Origin: Flaccisagitta enflata
Lineage: Eukaryota
NCBI GenBank assembly: GCA_965153355.1
Contig: OZ231126.1
Span: 24,242,001-24,306,000 of the forward strand
Direction: 5' to 3'
DNA length: 64,000 bases
Made by a program: the position numbers and the translations under genes. The notes below the pieces were generated by a model. It was given only the letters and a program-made list of their open reading frames with translations, had not been told where the DNA came from and searched no databases. Shown piece by piece: positions 1 to 14,617 of the stretch. How positions within the stretch are numbered: the stretch's first letter is position 1; each line of letters starts with the position of its first letter.

Positions 1-173
<173 letters not shown>

Positions 174-2573
174 TTCGAGGGTCGTGGTTTAATCAAAATC
201 TCAATTTATGACTCTGGCCATAAAAAGTTTACAGTTTTGTAGGCTCTTCGGTCGTCGACGTGCTTCTCGCTTGCTCTCTGCTCTCTGCTTCTCTTTTCTT
301 TCTCTTTCTCTTTCTCTCTTTCTTTTTCTGTTTCCCTCTCTTTCTCTCTGTGTTTCTCTCTTACGGTTTTCTCCGTTCGGCGCCTAAACTTTCTTAGTTT
401 TCTTCATTTAAATACTTTTTTTTCACTCGTCCATGAAACAAAAATAAAAAGATAAAAAAACAAAGCAACAATTCTCCCGTCTCAGAACATTTTTTAAAAG
501 ATTCAAATAAGTAAATACGGCACGTAAAATCAAATGTCGATTAGGTATGTCTATCAGTCAGATGATTACTGTTTTCCGTTTGTTCAATCGACTATCATTC
601 GCTGTGCAGAATTGATAAGGCTGAAATTCTTAATGTGAATGAAAAGTTCGCTTCTCGATTTCATTACCTTGGTATTTAGTCGCGGACTAGTGACTCTATA
701 GGAGTCGTTGTTTGTCCGACCGATGGTCCGTCCGTCGGTCCATTGGTCGGTCCGTTGGTCTATCAGTACACATTCAAAAGTAGGAGAACGTGCGCTTAAA
801 GTGTTTTTGTTTATGTGTGTGCGTGGGGGGGGGGGGGGGATGGTGTTTGAATGGGGGCTTCTTTTTCTTTTTCTTTTTCTTCTTCTTCTTCTTCTTCTTC
901 TTCTTCTTCTTCTTCTTCTTCTTCTTCTTCTTCTTCTTCTTCCGGCCTGTATGTCGGACTGCTAGGCAATCAATCTACATTTATTGTAAAGATGATTTCC
1001 TTCGTTCCCCACTTCCCTATTTCACCCCCCATACCTCTTTCCCGCATTTCTGCCTCTGCCCCTTTGTTCGCGACTGGTATATTGATTCTGTGCCTGCCTG
1101 CCTGGTCATTATTTATAGGAAGGGAAGTTTTGCAGATCACAAGGGAAATCTGTTTATTGGGGATTCGTCTGTCCTGTTTATCTATCTGCCCACAGGTGCT
1201 TTCCCCGAAGACGTCTTAGAGGGTTGTATGACCTATATCCCCATACTTTGGATTACATATTGATCGTAAAGGATTGAATCCTGGCTTTGGGTCTAACCCT
1301 TTGTCTGCGAAGACATATTTTAGCCAGGAAGGTTCCAACAGAGGTTGCCATCGGAGGTGGAGACCAATATCCAACACAGACCTCAAGGCTCAGACTTTCA
1401 TCCCTAAGCCCACCCAGCTTTTAAGCCAGAATCCCAGCCTCAATGCTGAAACCCTATCCGTATGGGCTGATTTTCCGTTTTGAGGCCCAAATTCTACCTT
1501 GAGGCCCAAATCTCAGCCTCAAGGCTCAAATCTTAGCGTCGGGGCCCATATTCCATCCAGCCCATAGACTTAAATCCCAGCCAAATAGTCTTAATGCCTA
1601 ATTCCTAAACTTAAGCTCAAAACCCAGCCTTAAAGCTCATATTCCAGCCTTGCGGCCCAAATATCAGCCTTGAAGCCCATTTCCCAGCCTTCAGGCTAGA
1701 ATCCAAGCCTCGAGACAACTACCAGCCTTATGAACCATATTTCAAACTTAGCCCAAAGCCTTGATCTCCACCTAAAAGACAACCATTCTTCATTGGTCCA
1801 AGCCTAACTAACTTAGGAGCATCGGGTACCGCAAACAATCAAACGCTTTTGTGACTATTACTTGCACAAAGGAGAACTCTTGATTGTTAGTCAGTCCGTC
1901 CGTTAATTCGTTAGTTCGCCATCTCAGGCCTAAAATCAGCTCTCTCAAACCTAAAACAAGCTGTCTCAAACATCTAATAATCCCTCTTAGACCTCTATTC
2001 AGCCTTCTCAGTCATCAAATAAGTTCTCTCGAGCCACACAACAGCCCTCCCATATTTCCCATATTTCAACCAGCTGTCTTAGACATCAAATAAACTCTCA
2101 TTGACCTCTATTCAGCCTTCTCAGTCATCTAATTGATTCTCTCGGGCCTCAAATCAGCTCTATCAGAACTGTCAAGCCTCACATCATTCCTCCCAAGCAT
2201 GAAAATAGCCGTCATAGACCTTTTCATTAGCTCTCCTTGGCTGAAATCTGCCATTCGAGCCCTTGTATCTGCCCTTTTGGACATTATGCTAACTTTCTCA
2301 GGCTTTGAATCAGCTTTAATCTGTCTTGAAGGAGCCAACTCAACATCGGGCAGGACAAATGAAAGTCCCTCTGTCTTCCACAAAACTGGTGATGTCCATA
2401 AGAGATTTCGTGACCTTGGCAGCGTTTTTTGGTTGTCAAGTAAAATTGGATTATTGGAAGCATATACTATACAGGAATAACTATCTTTTGAAGGTTTTTT
2501 TCTATAATCAACTTTCAGTTTCTTCCAAGAATTCTGTAAGATACTGTTTGTTGCGCATTTCATAAACAATACA

Positions 2574-3446
2574 CTGGGTGTAGCCTATTATAGACCCATG
2601 CGTGGAACGCAAGGCGGGATACAATTACATACAGTATGATTCATCTCGACTGTAACATTTGATGACGACATTGCTCCAAAAGTATTAAAGAAAATTCAAT
2701 TCTGAAAAAAGGCACATGAAAAGTAACTGCTTGGCATTTTTTGGAAAAAAACATTTCCCAAGCTTTTCTACCAAATTTTAATACTTTATATCGGAAACAG
2801 ACTTAATGGCAAATTATGCTCAAAAAGGTTATTTTTCTCTGATTTTTTCATTAAACTGAATCTAACTGCAATTTTTTTATTTTTACCATGAACTACATCA
2901 GCATTTTTCATATTGGAGACTTATTGTATAGAAAGCTAAAATCTTATAAAAAATCAAACAATTTCAAGAAAAAACATTTTTGACAAAGAGATAAAATGGC
3001 TTGTTTTGCAAAGCTTGATTTTTGGCTCTTTGCATGTTTTGAGGATTAGATTATCTAAGCATCTGTAATAAAATGCCAAACCATTACCTATAAAAGATTT
3101 TTTTTTCAGAATTAAATTATCTTTATAGGTTTTTTAGTTATGCCTTCATGAAATGTTACAATCGAGATGAATCATACTGTATCATCACTTACAATATCCT
3201 TCTTGCGAAGCAGGGCAACGGGTAATAGGGTATTGCTGACCGCAAATTGTCCTGTGATTGATTTTTGGATGATGTGATATCGGCCGAAATAGAGATTTCT
3301 AAGCATTACAACTGTTGTCCGACCACATTACTGTATCTGCCCACCCGCATTACTATTTTTGCCCACTTGTAATCAACTATTTATAGACCGTTTATCCGGC
3401 CTTGCGCTCGCGTCCTACGCATGGGTCTGTAATAGACTACACCTAG
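2574..3446. mobile_element. Older TIR element enclosing the 2632-3179 MITE
   Basis: Imperfect inverted repeats of about 40 bp: CTGGGTGTAGCCTATTATAGACCCATGCGT and ACGCATGGGTCTGTAATAGACTACACCTAG. Confidence 0.55.
2632..3179. mobile_element. Tc1/mariner-type MITE
   Basis: TA|CAGTATGATTCATCTCGACTGTAACATTT ... AAATGTTACAATCGAGATGAATCATACTG|TA. Confidence 0.85.
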
Positions 3447-3740
3447 GATTTTTTTGTCCAAAAAGATACAATAAACTTTTAAAAATTTAAAGGACTAATT
3501 TTGATTTAGACCGAGGAAACTTTACTTGTTGCATGAGCAGATATAATAGCTTAATATTCTTAACCAGTTGAGATGGATCTCCCTGTATCTCAATCAAAAG
3601 TAACTAACAAGCGGCAGGGTCATTAGAATTCTTTCATCCTGGGTGGGTTTACTGAAGGCTCCGTAAAACTCACCCTGCCAAGGGACCAACGTGGCTGAAG
3701 AATTATTACCTTCCCTCAATTGAAAATGTGATTTGTAATT

Positions 3741-4044
<304 letters not shown>

Positions 4045-5251
4045 AAAAAAATGTGCGTGTCATTTATTAATTCATGTAAATTTAGAGAGCGGGCGTTTAT
4101 TTATTTGGTATCCGTCTCCCGCGTTTGAACTTCCTTGATCGTCCGTCGTTTAATTCTCCCGAAATCCAGTTGAACACGAAGAGATCTCTTGTGCATGTCC
4201 ATTCATTTGTCCATTTGTCCATTTGTCTATTCTTCGCCCACAAGCAGCTGAATGCGGTATCCGGTTCCCGAGTCCTGTTCTTAACGAACCTCAATCATAA
4301 TTAGAGCCCTCTTCATCAGAAGGACAGCATGGACCAACATCTGTAAGATACGAAGCCAAACGAACCTGGCCAAAAATCCCAGAAAAAAAAGAGATGGGGG
4401 CATTGGTCATTCAACTTTACCTTTTGTCCACTCCGTAAGCAGTGGGGGCCTCAGATGCATAAATGGCTTGATGTTTTGGGTACTGGAGGCTCAAATCCCA
4501 GCCTGAAGATTAAAATCCCAGCCTGGTGACTCAAATCCTATCCTCGAGGTCCAAATCCCACCCTCTAGGCCCACATCCCACCCTCGAGGCTCAAATCCCA
4601 GTCTCAAGGCTCAAATTCTAGCCTTGAAGCTCAAATCCCAGTCTCGTGGCTCAAATACCTGCCTCAAGGCTGAAATCCTAGCCTCGTGACTCAAATCCCA
4701 GTCCTCCTAGCAACATTAAGAAAATCTCTTGTTTGATAAGTGCCAAGCAAGATTAAAGAAGTATTTTCTCTACTATTCAGAGGTTAGGAAAAGACAAAGA
4801 TTATTTCAGCCTGGAAGCATGGGTCATTGGCCCCTTCTCTACATACTCTATCTCTCTTTTACTTTGGCCAAGATAGTACATTTTCTGATCAAGCTCAGAA
4901 AACCAACAGCATTTTTTCGCAGTAGCAGTTTTGTTTTGCTTGTCATTTCTAAACGGATTGAGCCAGCAAAACGCGGTTGGCGGCATTCAATCAGAAATTC
5001 AATCTAATTTCAGAATCTCACTGATTTTTATATAAAATTTTTATTCTAAGAGGAGATAATGCCCAAAATGCATGTCCATATATTTATGCTCTAGGTAGTA
5101 TGTCGCTGCGTGGTCTATTGGTGTCTGATCCGTTCATATGTCGGTCCACAAAAATGGCATGCAGAGATGAGGGTTGTCCTAGTTTTGATCTTCCTTATTC
5201 TCCAATTGAGCCTCTACAGCATATGCTTGTACAAAATATGCGGAAGCCAAT

Positions 5252-5490
5252 AAACAAGCGACGCGGGGTCACAATATCGTTGCGGACGGGTGGGCAGGGG
5301 CAGCCAACACCCAGCCTCACCCCAACCACCTTCCCACACACTAACATACACCCACACACATTCAATGACAACTGCAGCATCGAAAATTGCGCATTTCTCG
5401 AGTTTTCAACTCGAGCGTGACGGACCGACCGACGGACCGACCGACGGACGGACAAAGCCTCTTATAGAGTTGCGTGTCCGCAACTAAAAA
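5252..5490 (-). mobile_element. HINE/DINE-1-like element, AGTTGCGGA subfamily with GTGAC stem-loop
   Basis: On the minus strand: TTTTTAGTTGCGGACACGCAACT hairpin, (GTCC/GTCG)n, 3' TCCGCAAC subTIR, GTGACCCCGCGTCGC stem-loop, TTGTTT. Confidence 0.8.
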
Positions 5491-5657
5491 GGAGTTTTTT
5501 TTCTCGTGTTTTAGGGGATCAAACAAATGTCTTGCCACTGATGGAGCCAAATTTCAACCACAGAGCTTAGGACATGGTATTTTGGTATGAGTCTTTTCCC
5601 TTCGTCTTACATTTTCTTTCCCACAATTTTTAATTTGCTCTTCTTTCCTTCTTTTGT

Positions 5658-5848
5658 AACAAGGCCGGATACACGGCAATCCAGTCGCGGACGGTTGGGC
5701 AGGAGCAGTAATGCGAAAACCGCTCGGAATTCAAAAATGTGACGGACGGACGGACCGATGGACGGACGGACCGATGGACCGACCTACCGACCTACCGACC
5801 GACCGACCGACACGGCAAGGTGTAGAGTCGCGTGTCCGCGACTAAAAA
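5658..5848 (-). mobile_element. HINE-like element, AGTCGCGGA subfamily
   Basis: On the minus strand: TTTTTAGTCGCGGACACGCGACT ... TCCGCGACT GGATT GCCGTGTATCCGGC CTTGTT, with an internal GTCG/GTCC repeat. Confidence 0.8.
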
Positions 5849-6432
5849 GACATTGGTCCTCTTTTTAGGCAAGACTTGTGTTGCCCCACGCGTCGATTTC
5901 TCTTTTCTTTCTTTTCCCTTTTTTCTTTTTCTACTTTAAAAAAAAAAAAAAAAATTCTTTCCTCCTCGACGACGTTTTTGTAAACGATCTCTCTTCAATC
6001 GTCATTCGCGACCCCGGCGAAGCTCTTCTCCATAAGCACAGGAAGGAAGAAAAAAAGGGAAAAACACCGAAAATAAAACCAAGAAAAAAAAAAGGAATTG
6101 AAAAGCAGAGAAAAAAAGATCTCAGTTTCAGTACCTGTTGAAAACGCAACCCAGTTGAAAAAAAAACTCATCGATGAAACAAAAAAGAAACGTTTTTCTC
6201 CAACTTTTTCCCCCTTTCATTCAATCATTATTTCATCACTTGATTTTTTTCTATCTTCTTTTCTTGCTTCCTGCCTTTATAATTCATCAAGTATAAAAAA
6301 TGGTCATTGGTCATTGATTTATTTCCCCATTTCTTTAAACTGACGATTGATAAAGTGGCCTTTTTCATCAAATGCCTTTTTTGCTCTTCCCGATATCCAC
6401 TTTTTTTCTTACTGTTTAAGTTTCGATAATTC

Positions 6433-6750
6433 TTTTTAGTTGCGGACACGCAACTCTATAAGAGGCTTTGTCCGTCCATCTGTCCGTCGGTCCGTCAGTG
6501 CGCTGTAGGTCATCAAGTTGAAAAGTGGGAAAATGAGCGTTTTAGATTCTTTTAGTGAATGACATGTGCAACAAAAAGTTAAAATATAGAAAATACTGGT
6601 CAACTGAAAGAGCAAAAGGAACTTTATTTCTGTACAATGTATGCTTCCAATACATGTTTGAGTGTGTGGAGTAGGTAGGGGTGTGGATGGGGGTTGCATG
6701 CCCCTGCATACCCGTCCGCAACGATATTGTGACCCCGCGTCACTTGTTTT
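6433..6750 (+). mobile_element. HINE-like element, AGTTGCGGA subfamily
   Basis: TTTTTAGTTGCGGACACGCAACT ... CCGTCCGCAAC GATATT GTGACCCCGCGTCAC TTGTTTT. Confidence 0.8.
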
Positions 6751-6837
6751 CTCCCTTCCCAAATTTCAACTCATCCCAATCCAGCCTCATCATAAATAAT
6801 CAGGCATGTCAAAATTAGTAATTATGAACCGAGAAAG

Positions 6838-6891
<54 letters not shown>

Positions 6892-7905
6892 GCTTTAGAC
6901 TGAGTGGGTTCAGTTCATTCTGCTGCCTTCTGCTTGAAAACCTAGCCAGAGAGAAGATTTAGTCTCTCTCTCTCTCTCTCGGTTACTCAGTCTCTCTCTC
7001 TTTCGCACCACTGTTGCCTCACATACCGTTCAGCATCAATTTCACGTGTGTTTTCGTCTTCTCCTAGTCGTACTTCAAAAACGTATTCTTCTCTATCAGC
7101 TTTTAAAAAGAAACAAAAGGCTAGGCGACCCTCTTTCCTCTGTATTCTCGTGTCCAGCTGCAAAAAAAGAAATACTGCCGTTCTCAGCATTTGCACTCAT
7201 CTTTTTTTTCTTTCTCTTGCCTTACGGACCGCCATATGATAGAAGAAAAAACAGACGGACAGAATTGGGAATAAAAAAGAAAGGCTCAATATCGTTTTCC
7301 TATTTTTCCAAAGAATAAGAAAAAAAGGTGCTTGATCAGCTATTTTCCCTTCTTTTTTTCTTTTCCTTTCGTTTCCTTCAATACATTTATATTTTTTTTC
7401 TTCTCCCTTTTTTTCTTTTCCCTTTTTCCGCTCTCTCTCTCTCTCTCTTTTCTCTCTCTCTTTTTCCTTTTTCTCAAAGCACGCGAAAAACTCATTTTAT
7501 TCTCATTTACATAATCTAAGCTGCTGAGACTTTTTTTTCTTTTTTTATTTAAACAGGCTTTGATCGATGAGGAGAGTCAAAACAAAGTCGGCGAAGGACC
7601 AAAACAAAGTTGTAGAATGGTCTTTGATGTAGACGCCTTGTTTTGCTTTTATCTCTCGTCAGTCATCAAAGGGTGAAAAATGAAAGAAAAGGGGAAAAAA
7701 GAGTACAAATAGTCAAAGAGTGGGAGAAAAGATTAATGATAGTCTATCTGCTTTTCTTTCCTAAGTATGTTCTTGCTCCTTTTTTTATTTCTTTTAAATC
7801 TATCTCTTTCATATTCTTTTTTTCTTTCTCTTAGGGTCCACTAGACCCATTTCTGATCTCTTCTGTCTGAACAACAAGAACAACATCAGCAACTACAACA
7901 TCAGC

Positions 7906-8100
<195 letters not shown>

Positions 8101-9221
8101 TACAGTATAAGAAATGGAGAAGCATGAAAACTGCATCATCATAACTCGCGCCAAAGTTATTGTGCTTCATCTTGTCTTTTTCAATCCGTCTTTTCTAATC
8201 CAAATCTCTCCAACAGACTCGTCATTGCTTCTCTCAAAAGTCTAAATCAAAACGTCAGTATACATGTACTTCCAACACGGAAACGGAACGGAAAAAAAAA
8301 ACTAAGACAACTCATAAAGAGAAAGAAACTGCCCTCGGAGTGGGAGCTTCACTTACAACCCTGTAAATCCGAGCTTGTGGTAAGGCCCCCTTGCCACTCA
8401 CCAGCACAAGTTGGTTTTACGGGGTTGGAAGTGGTTACCATCATCACAACGCGTTGACGAGTGAAATAAAATGTCATAACCATTATGGGCACCTAAACAT
8501 GGCAAATGATAGGTTAGCTTGAAATGATTGTGAATCTAGAACTCTAGGAATTAAGAACTCTAGGTCATTGTCGTAGATAGAGAGGCAATATAAAGTCCTC
8601 TTCATTTGAATTAGATATTGTGTATAGTAGCCTAAGTAGGTCATTGAATTTCGAGCTAATTTCAGTTACCCTAGAGAAAGACATGAACAATATATGATTG
8701 AATGCAAGATCTACCAAGAAATTACCGACTAGTGTATGTGTGTCTGTGCTCTGTTCAACTGTGATGGGATCTATTCTTTCACATTCGGAAAGGACCAAAT
8801 CACGTCCTCAAAGCTGAAAACTAACCCGAATTCCTCTCCCTATGAGTCCAAATTTCAGCCCCAATTGTCGCCCTTAACTGTCTCAGGGCCCTGAAGCCAC
8901 CTCTTAATCGTTGACAAACAGCGGGACCTCGGCATAACGGTCTTGGTACTAAATACTTTTGACCGTTAAAGAGAGTGACTGGTAATGACTTTTGTTTGAT
9001 AATTATATTACGAAAAAATATAATTTGCATAAAAAGTTTATGCTAACAAGAAATAGAAATACAATTCACTCAAGCTTTTTTTTCAAAAATAATTTTCATT
9101 ATTCAGCTTCTCATTATTCTATTCTTTCATGAAACAATTTTTCTACAACATATTTCATCTCAACCGCAACATTTCATGATGGTATTACTTAATAGCAAAA
9201 ACATTGCAAAAGCACCAGGTA

Positions 9222-9631
9222 CAACTCGACTCAAAAAAAAAGACGCACCTGCTTATCTATTCAAAAAACAGATACAGAAAACAATTTTGACTTTTTTCAA
9301 TTGAGACATTTTGAAAGATTTTCAAAAAATCTTTCAATCTAGACTAATCCCAGGTCTGTATCTCAAACGGTTTAGAAGCTAGAGCCCTGCAAAGACAAGA
9401 ACTAATTTGCAAAAATGCAATTTTATATAGGGATTGCAAAACTGGAAAGGGCAAAGTTTTTATTCAAACTAATGCCATTTCTAAACGAATAAAGATAGAA
9501 TTACCAGATTGGCGCCAAATGAAAGATCTTTTCAAGGTCTTTTAAACGGTCTAAGATTTTATTAAGTTTTATGATGATTTGTAGGCAGAATTAGTCATTT
9601 AAAAGTGCGTCTTTTTTTTTGATCCATGTGG
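9222..9631. mobile_element. TA-flanked MITE (family E)
   Basis: Imperfect TIRs ...AAAAGACGCAC and GTGCGTCTTTT.... Homologous copies at 50565-50963, about 23154-24343 and, broken, at 26639-26985. Confidence 0.7.
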
Positions 9632-10141
9632 TAGTCATTGGTATCTGTTGCCCAAATGTTATTGTTTGTTGGATAGGAAGGTGAGAAAGGCAGTGGCCCT
9701 GATGGAGCCAATGGAGCTTGGCTAGGATTTGAGCATTGAGGCTAGGATATAAGCCTTGAGGCTTGGATTTGAGCAATGAATTTCGGATTTGAGCCGGAGG
9801 GCTGAGGTTGGAGCCATCAGGCTTGCATAGGAGCCTCTTGGCTGGGGACTTAAGAGTGGGTCCCCGCCTCAAGGTTGGAATTGGAGCCTGGTGGTTGGGA
9901 TTGGAGCCTCCAGCGTGTGATTGGAGCCTCAAAGCTGGGATTAGAGTTGTTTGAGGCCAGGATTGGCTGATTGAAGCTTCAAGGCTACAATTTGAGCCTC
10001 GAGGCTTGGATTGGGGTCTTGAGGCTAGGATTGGGGCATCAAGGCTGGGATCAGAGCCTTGGGCGGGGGGATGGAGAAGAAGAAGAAGGAGAAAAAATAT
10101 GCGTGAAAGCCTTGGTCATTGCCCAAAAAGCAATAGAGATA

Positions 10142-10945
10142 CAGTATGATGGGAGCTAAGACGACCTACGCTGGAGGATAGTTTTTAGGTATTTTAATTT
10201 CATTTGATTTTTTTTTAAAAATTGAGATCTATGCTAATTAAAGGTTGCTTTATTGCTTGAATATGTAAATTTTTCTCATTTTTCAACTTGTGGCTTGACT
10301 TCATCAGGACTTCATTTTTCAATGTTCTAACCTAGCCCATCAGATTGGGCTTAAAATTTCATGTATTCATAAAAAAGAAATCAGCTCAATCAGACTATTT
10401 TTACAGGTCTTACAATTATTTTTCAAGAAGAATGATTACGTAAATTCATATCTGGGCAAAGCTTAAAAATGGTCAGATTGAGCAAATTTTTCAAAAATCA
10501 TATAGAATTTTTTGCTGGGGTTAGTCCCATCAGGTTTGCATTAGCCCCAGCCTCGAGGCTGGAATTGAAGCCTGGAGGTTGGGATTTGAGCCAAGACGAG
10601 CCAAGATGAGCTAGGTTAGAACATTGAAAAATGAAGTCCTGATGAAGTCAAGTCACAAGTTGAAGAATGAGAGAATTTATATATTCAAGCAATAGAGCAA
10701 CCTTTAATTAGCAAAGATCTTAATTTCTCTATACGTCAAATAAAATCAAGAAGCATGAAACCTATCCTCCAGTAAAGGTCAACCTTGTTTCCATCAAACT
10801 GTTGCTTATTTGTTAAAGCAGTTTTGGAAAAATGATTGTTTTGCATTGAATGATTATCAATTTCCAGGACTTTTTGACCCCTTTTAAGGTAGAGAGTATT
10901 CACATCCAAGATTAGCAATTTTACCTATTTGAATACATCACCCTG
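10142..10945. mobile_element. TA-flanked foldback MITE
   Basis: TA|CAG...CTG|TA ends, with an internal inverted repeat of about 120 bp (10221-10341 versus 10606-10724). Confidence 0.6.
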
Positions 10946-12399
10946 TATTGCTTGATAAATGATAGCTAAAAACTGAAGTTGCAGAAAGGCGACATGTTGA
11001 GTCGCGTATCCGCGACTTAAAAGACAAATTTTAGAAATTGAGACATTGTAAATCATAATTATCTCACCAAGGCTTCTATATCAGTGTGGGAATTTGTTTT
11101 ACTGTTGAAATTTGGGACGAGTTTCTTTCTTCTAAGAATGTTTTCCCTGAGACACTGATTGATAACAATGTCGGGAAAAAACTGTCATGAAATTAAGATA
11201 AATATCGAAATAATAGGTAGTTTTTTACGCACTTTTTCACCTCGCTATGAAATGACCTCCTAAAGGACTTAAGTTTTTTTCGAAACTTTCATTATCAAAG
11301 TTTTTGTTTTTTCATCGAGCCTCGAGTCATGCAGAGCTTCTGCCTTGCCTCGACTCAAAAACTGGATTGTTTGAACTTCTCCATAAATTATTGGTCGTAA
11401 CCGTCAAGTTGAGATCGCTGATTTGAGTCCTACACCAAAGCAGATAAACGTACACAGGCAGTGGGCAAAGTGACATTTTGCGGATATCGCACAGTCAATA
11501 GACATGAGTCATAATTTATGACATTAGGTGGAGATTGTTAATTTGAGGCACACCAAATCAGAAAAATGTGCAGTCTTTAAACAAAAAGTCTTATGGAGAA
11601 TGCTCAATGATGCTGACTTATAAAATCAGCTGACAAAATAGTGAAATGGTGGAGTACCTGTTTGTAAATCTATAATTTGCTGTAAGGGAAATGGACCTTT
11701 GGTTCATATCTTTCATACTCTTAGCGGTAACTCACCTGTAAGGGATTTTTATGTCACTGGCCTTTCCCTCTAAAATACTCGCAGGCCAGATTTTCCTATA
11801 ATTTCAAAATTACCCTCTTGCACCCTGCTTATCTTTTCCATCATCAAATATGCTGCTTAATGATATGATGTTCAACTTTTGAGTTTGTTGGTAACCATAC
11901 TTTCATTCAATTTGAAATCATTTGAAAAAGGGAAAAAGTAAGGTTGTAGTCATTTGTCTGGCTTTCTGGTTTGTTGAGATAGGACCCCTTTACACCTGCA
12001 ACCTATGATAACACCTTTAGGGCATATTCCTATATTCTTGATAAGTGTTAGAAAAACAAAATTAGAGATTCATTTTTTCCACCATTTCTGCAACAAATTG
12101 TAGAGTCGCTATCATTTCAAATCAGGTTGACTACATTTTAGCGCTTTCAGACACTGACTGTTCTTTAGCCAGTAAACGAAGGTTACTTTTAAACTCATAC
12201 ATAAATTTCCTTCAAGAACAATAACAGATTGAGAAAGACATGTTATGGGAAACTTCATTCATTTACCAAGCTTAGGTCCAACAGTTCTTTACCTTTCCGT
12301 TTACAGGAAAAAAAAAGATTTTTCAGTAAAACCTGTGACATAAAAGCTTCGTCACCATTCATCAAAACCCTATGTGTCAATCAATAATTATCAAATAGA

Positions 12400-13471
12400 C
12401 AGGGGTGTATATAATTGAGTCGCTTTTGATTTTTGTCCCCCCCCCCCTGCCTTTGATTTTCTTTGATTTCTTTGATTTTCTTCCTTTTGATTTTTTCTTA
12501 AAATCTATGGTTTTCTTCCCTGTAAAGCAATAAAACAGTGTAGTTAGGGTTTAAATACAGTAGTGTTAAATTGTGTTTTACTCACTAGTTTTTGGGCAGA
12601 GGCTCCAAAGGGGTCGATGACCTACAGTATGTTTCATCTCGTTTGCAACATTTGATGACAACATAACTCTAAAAGTAATAAAGATAATCAAATTTTGAAA
12701 AAAATCTCTAAAAGATAATTGTCTGGCATTTTTTCATGTACAATTCTTAGAGATTTTTGAGAAAAATCTGATGCTATTGGCATACAATGAAAATTTATCA
12801 ATTTTTGGCAAAAAAAAGCTACTTTTCCTGTTTTTTTCCACTAAATAATGCCAAAAGGGCATTTTTCTCTCTTTGTTTCCATAAATTTTAATGAACACCT
12901 TTATTTTACAACTAATATGGTGTCAAAAACTCAAATTTTCAGAAAAACGACAAATCTGAAAAAATTAGTTTTACTGACAGCATGATAAAATGGTTTTTGT
13001 CAAATTTCAAAATTTTCAGTATGTATGTGAAAAAAGGGTCACTTTCTTTTAGAAAATCTTGAAGAATCGTTCATAAGAAAATGCCAAACAATTATCTTTT
13101 AGAAACTTTTTTTCAGAATCTAATTATCTCATTATTTTTTGAATTACGTCGTCATCAAAAGTTGCAAACGAGATGAATCATACTGTATGCTTTCACACAT
13201 ATGGGGAATTTTCTCCTCCTCCTCCTTCTCCTTCTCCTACATACCCCCCCCCCTTAAATCCCAGCCTCGAGGCCCAAATCCCAGTCTCAAGGCCCAAATC
13301 CTAGCCATCTAACGCTTTTGCGACTATTTTAAATCAGTACTGTCAAAATTTTAATTTCCCCAAATCTTCTTTTTTTCTCTCCCCCCCCCCTTGATTTCCT
13401 TCCCCATCTCCAAACCCTTTGATTAACCCCTCCCACGGGGGGGGGGGGGAACTCAATAATATACAGGTCTG
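12400..13471. mobile_element. hAT-type MITE with perfect 8-bp TSD
   Basis: CAAATAGA|CAGGGGTGTATAT ... ATATACAGGTCTG|CAAATAGA. An opposite-orientation relative lies at 57032-57334. Confidence 0.8.
12625..13185. mobile_element. Tc1/mariner-type MITE (family of 2632-3179) inserted in a D2 element
   Basis: TA|CAGTATG.TTCATCTCG ... CGAGATGAATCATACTG|TA. Removing it restores GATGACCTATGCTTTCACAC, which is seen intact at about 53708-53728. Confidence 0.88.
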
Positions 13472-14103
13472 CAAATAGACCAACATAAGGTCGGACTCAA
13501 TTTGGGCATTTGAAAATAAAATCTTTCCATGTAATCTTCATATTCAATTTGCATGATTAGTGCATAATCTGGACATAATCCGGGCTGTAGTTGCACGAAA
13601 TGAAATTCAGTTTTGAGAGAAGTTTCTACCTTAATCATTTGAAATCCTCACTTTATAAATTGGTGCTTAGATTAAGATTGATATTTCAAAGATTGATATT
13701 TCAAAGATTGATATTTCAAAGATTGATATTTCAAATGGAGTATGGATTGTGGAATTGTTTTCTTTTGAAAGCTCAACTAACATGCCCAACTAACATGCTT
13801 ACCATCTGGGATATATGCAAGGTTTCAAGAAAGCTTAACGCATGGCATTAACATCAGTGATGCAGTATAAAAAACAACGTATTAGTCAATCTAGACACAC
13901 GATTTGTATTATGCATGTGCTTGTACGTCGTACTAGTTTGATCAAGGCGAAATGCTATTAAACTTTACCAGCACCCACCCACTTTCAGTATGAGCTAATA
14001 TACCTGGTTTGGTGTAGTATTAGTAGTAACATGATCGAATAACGTCAGAAGCATTTATGGAAACTGACATGATAAATGATACGTTTAGGACAGTCTTTTT
14101 TTC

Positions 14104-14248
14104 TTTTTAGGTGCGAACATGCAACCCTGTAAGAGGATTTGTTTGTCCATCCGCCCATCGGTCCATTGGTCTGTTTGTCATGCTCGAGTTAAAAAGTGGA
14201 AAAAAAACGCGTATTTAAGATGCTGTGTGTGAAGAAATTGGAGGTTAT

Positions 14249-14305
<57 letters not shown>

Positions 14306-14370
14306 AGAATGGGGTTGGATGCCCATGTCCACCCGTCTGCAACGATATTGTAACCCCGGGTTACATGTTT
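14104..14370 (+). mobile_element. Diverged HINE-like element with internal (GT)n
   Basis: Same layout as 6433-6750, but the 3' stem-loop reads GTAAC-CCCGG-GTTAC. Confidence 0.7.
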
Positions 14371-14522
14371 TAAATACTGCCACGTAGAAAACCAAACATA
14401 GATCGTCTCTCCTGCATTCGTTACACAAGGAACATCGAAAGGCATTGGCTCAATTAATCATCATACAACTTCGAAAAAGTGGAGAGCGAGCGGGAGATAA
14501 TGTTACCTTTGATCTAAATGAA

Positions 14523-14617
<95 letters not shown>

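Noticed and set aside
942..1380. Possible LINE 3' end with a (GAA)n tail on the minus strand
   Set aside because: No recognisable RT, RNase H or zinc-knuckle motif in any frame I translated.
2129..2569. 146-aa and 115-aa ORFs
   Set aside because: They overlap degenerate 21-bp-type repeat sequence and contain no recognisable domain.
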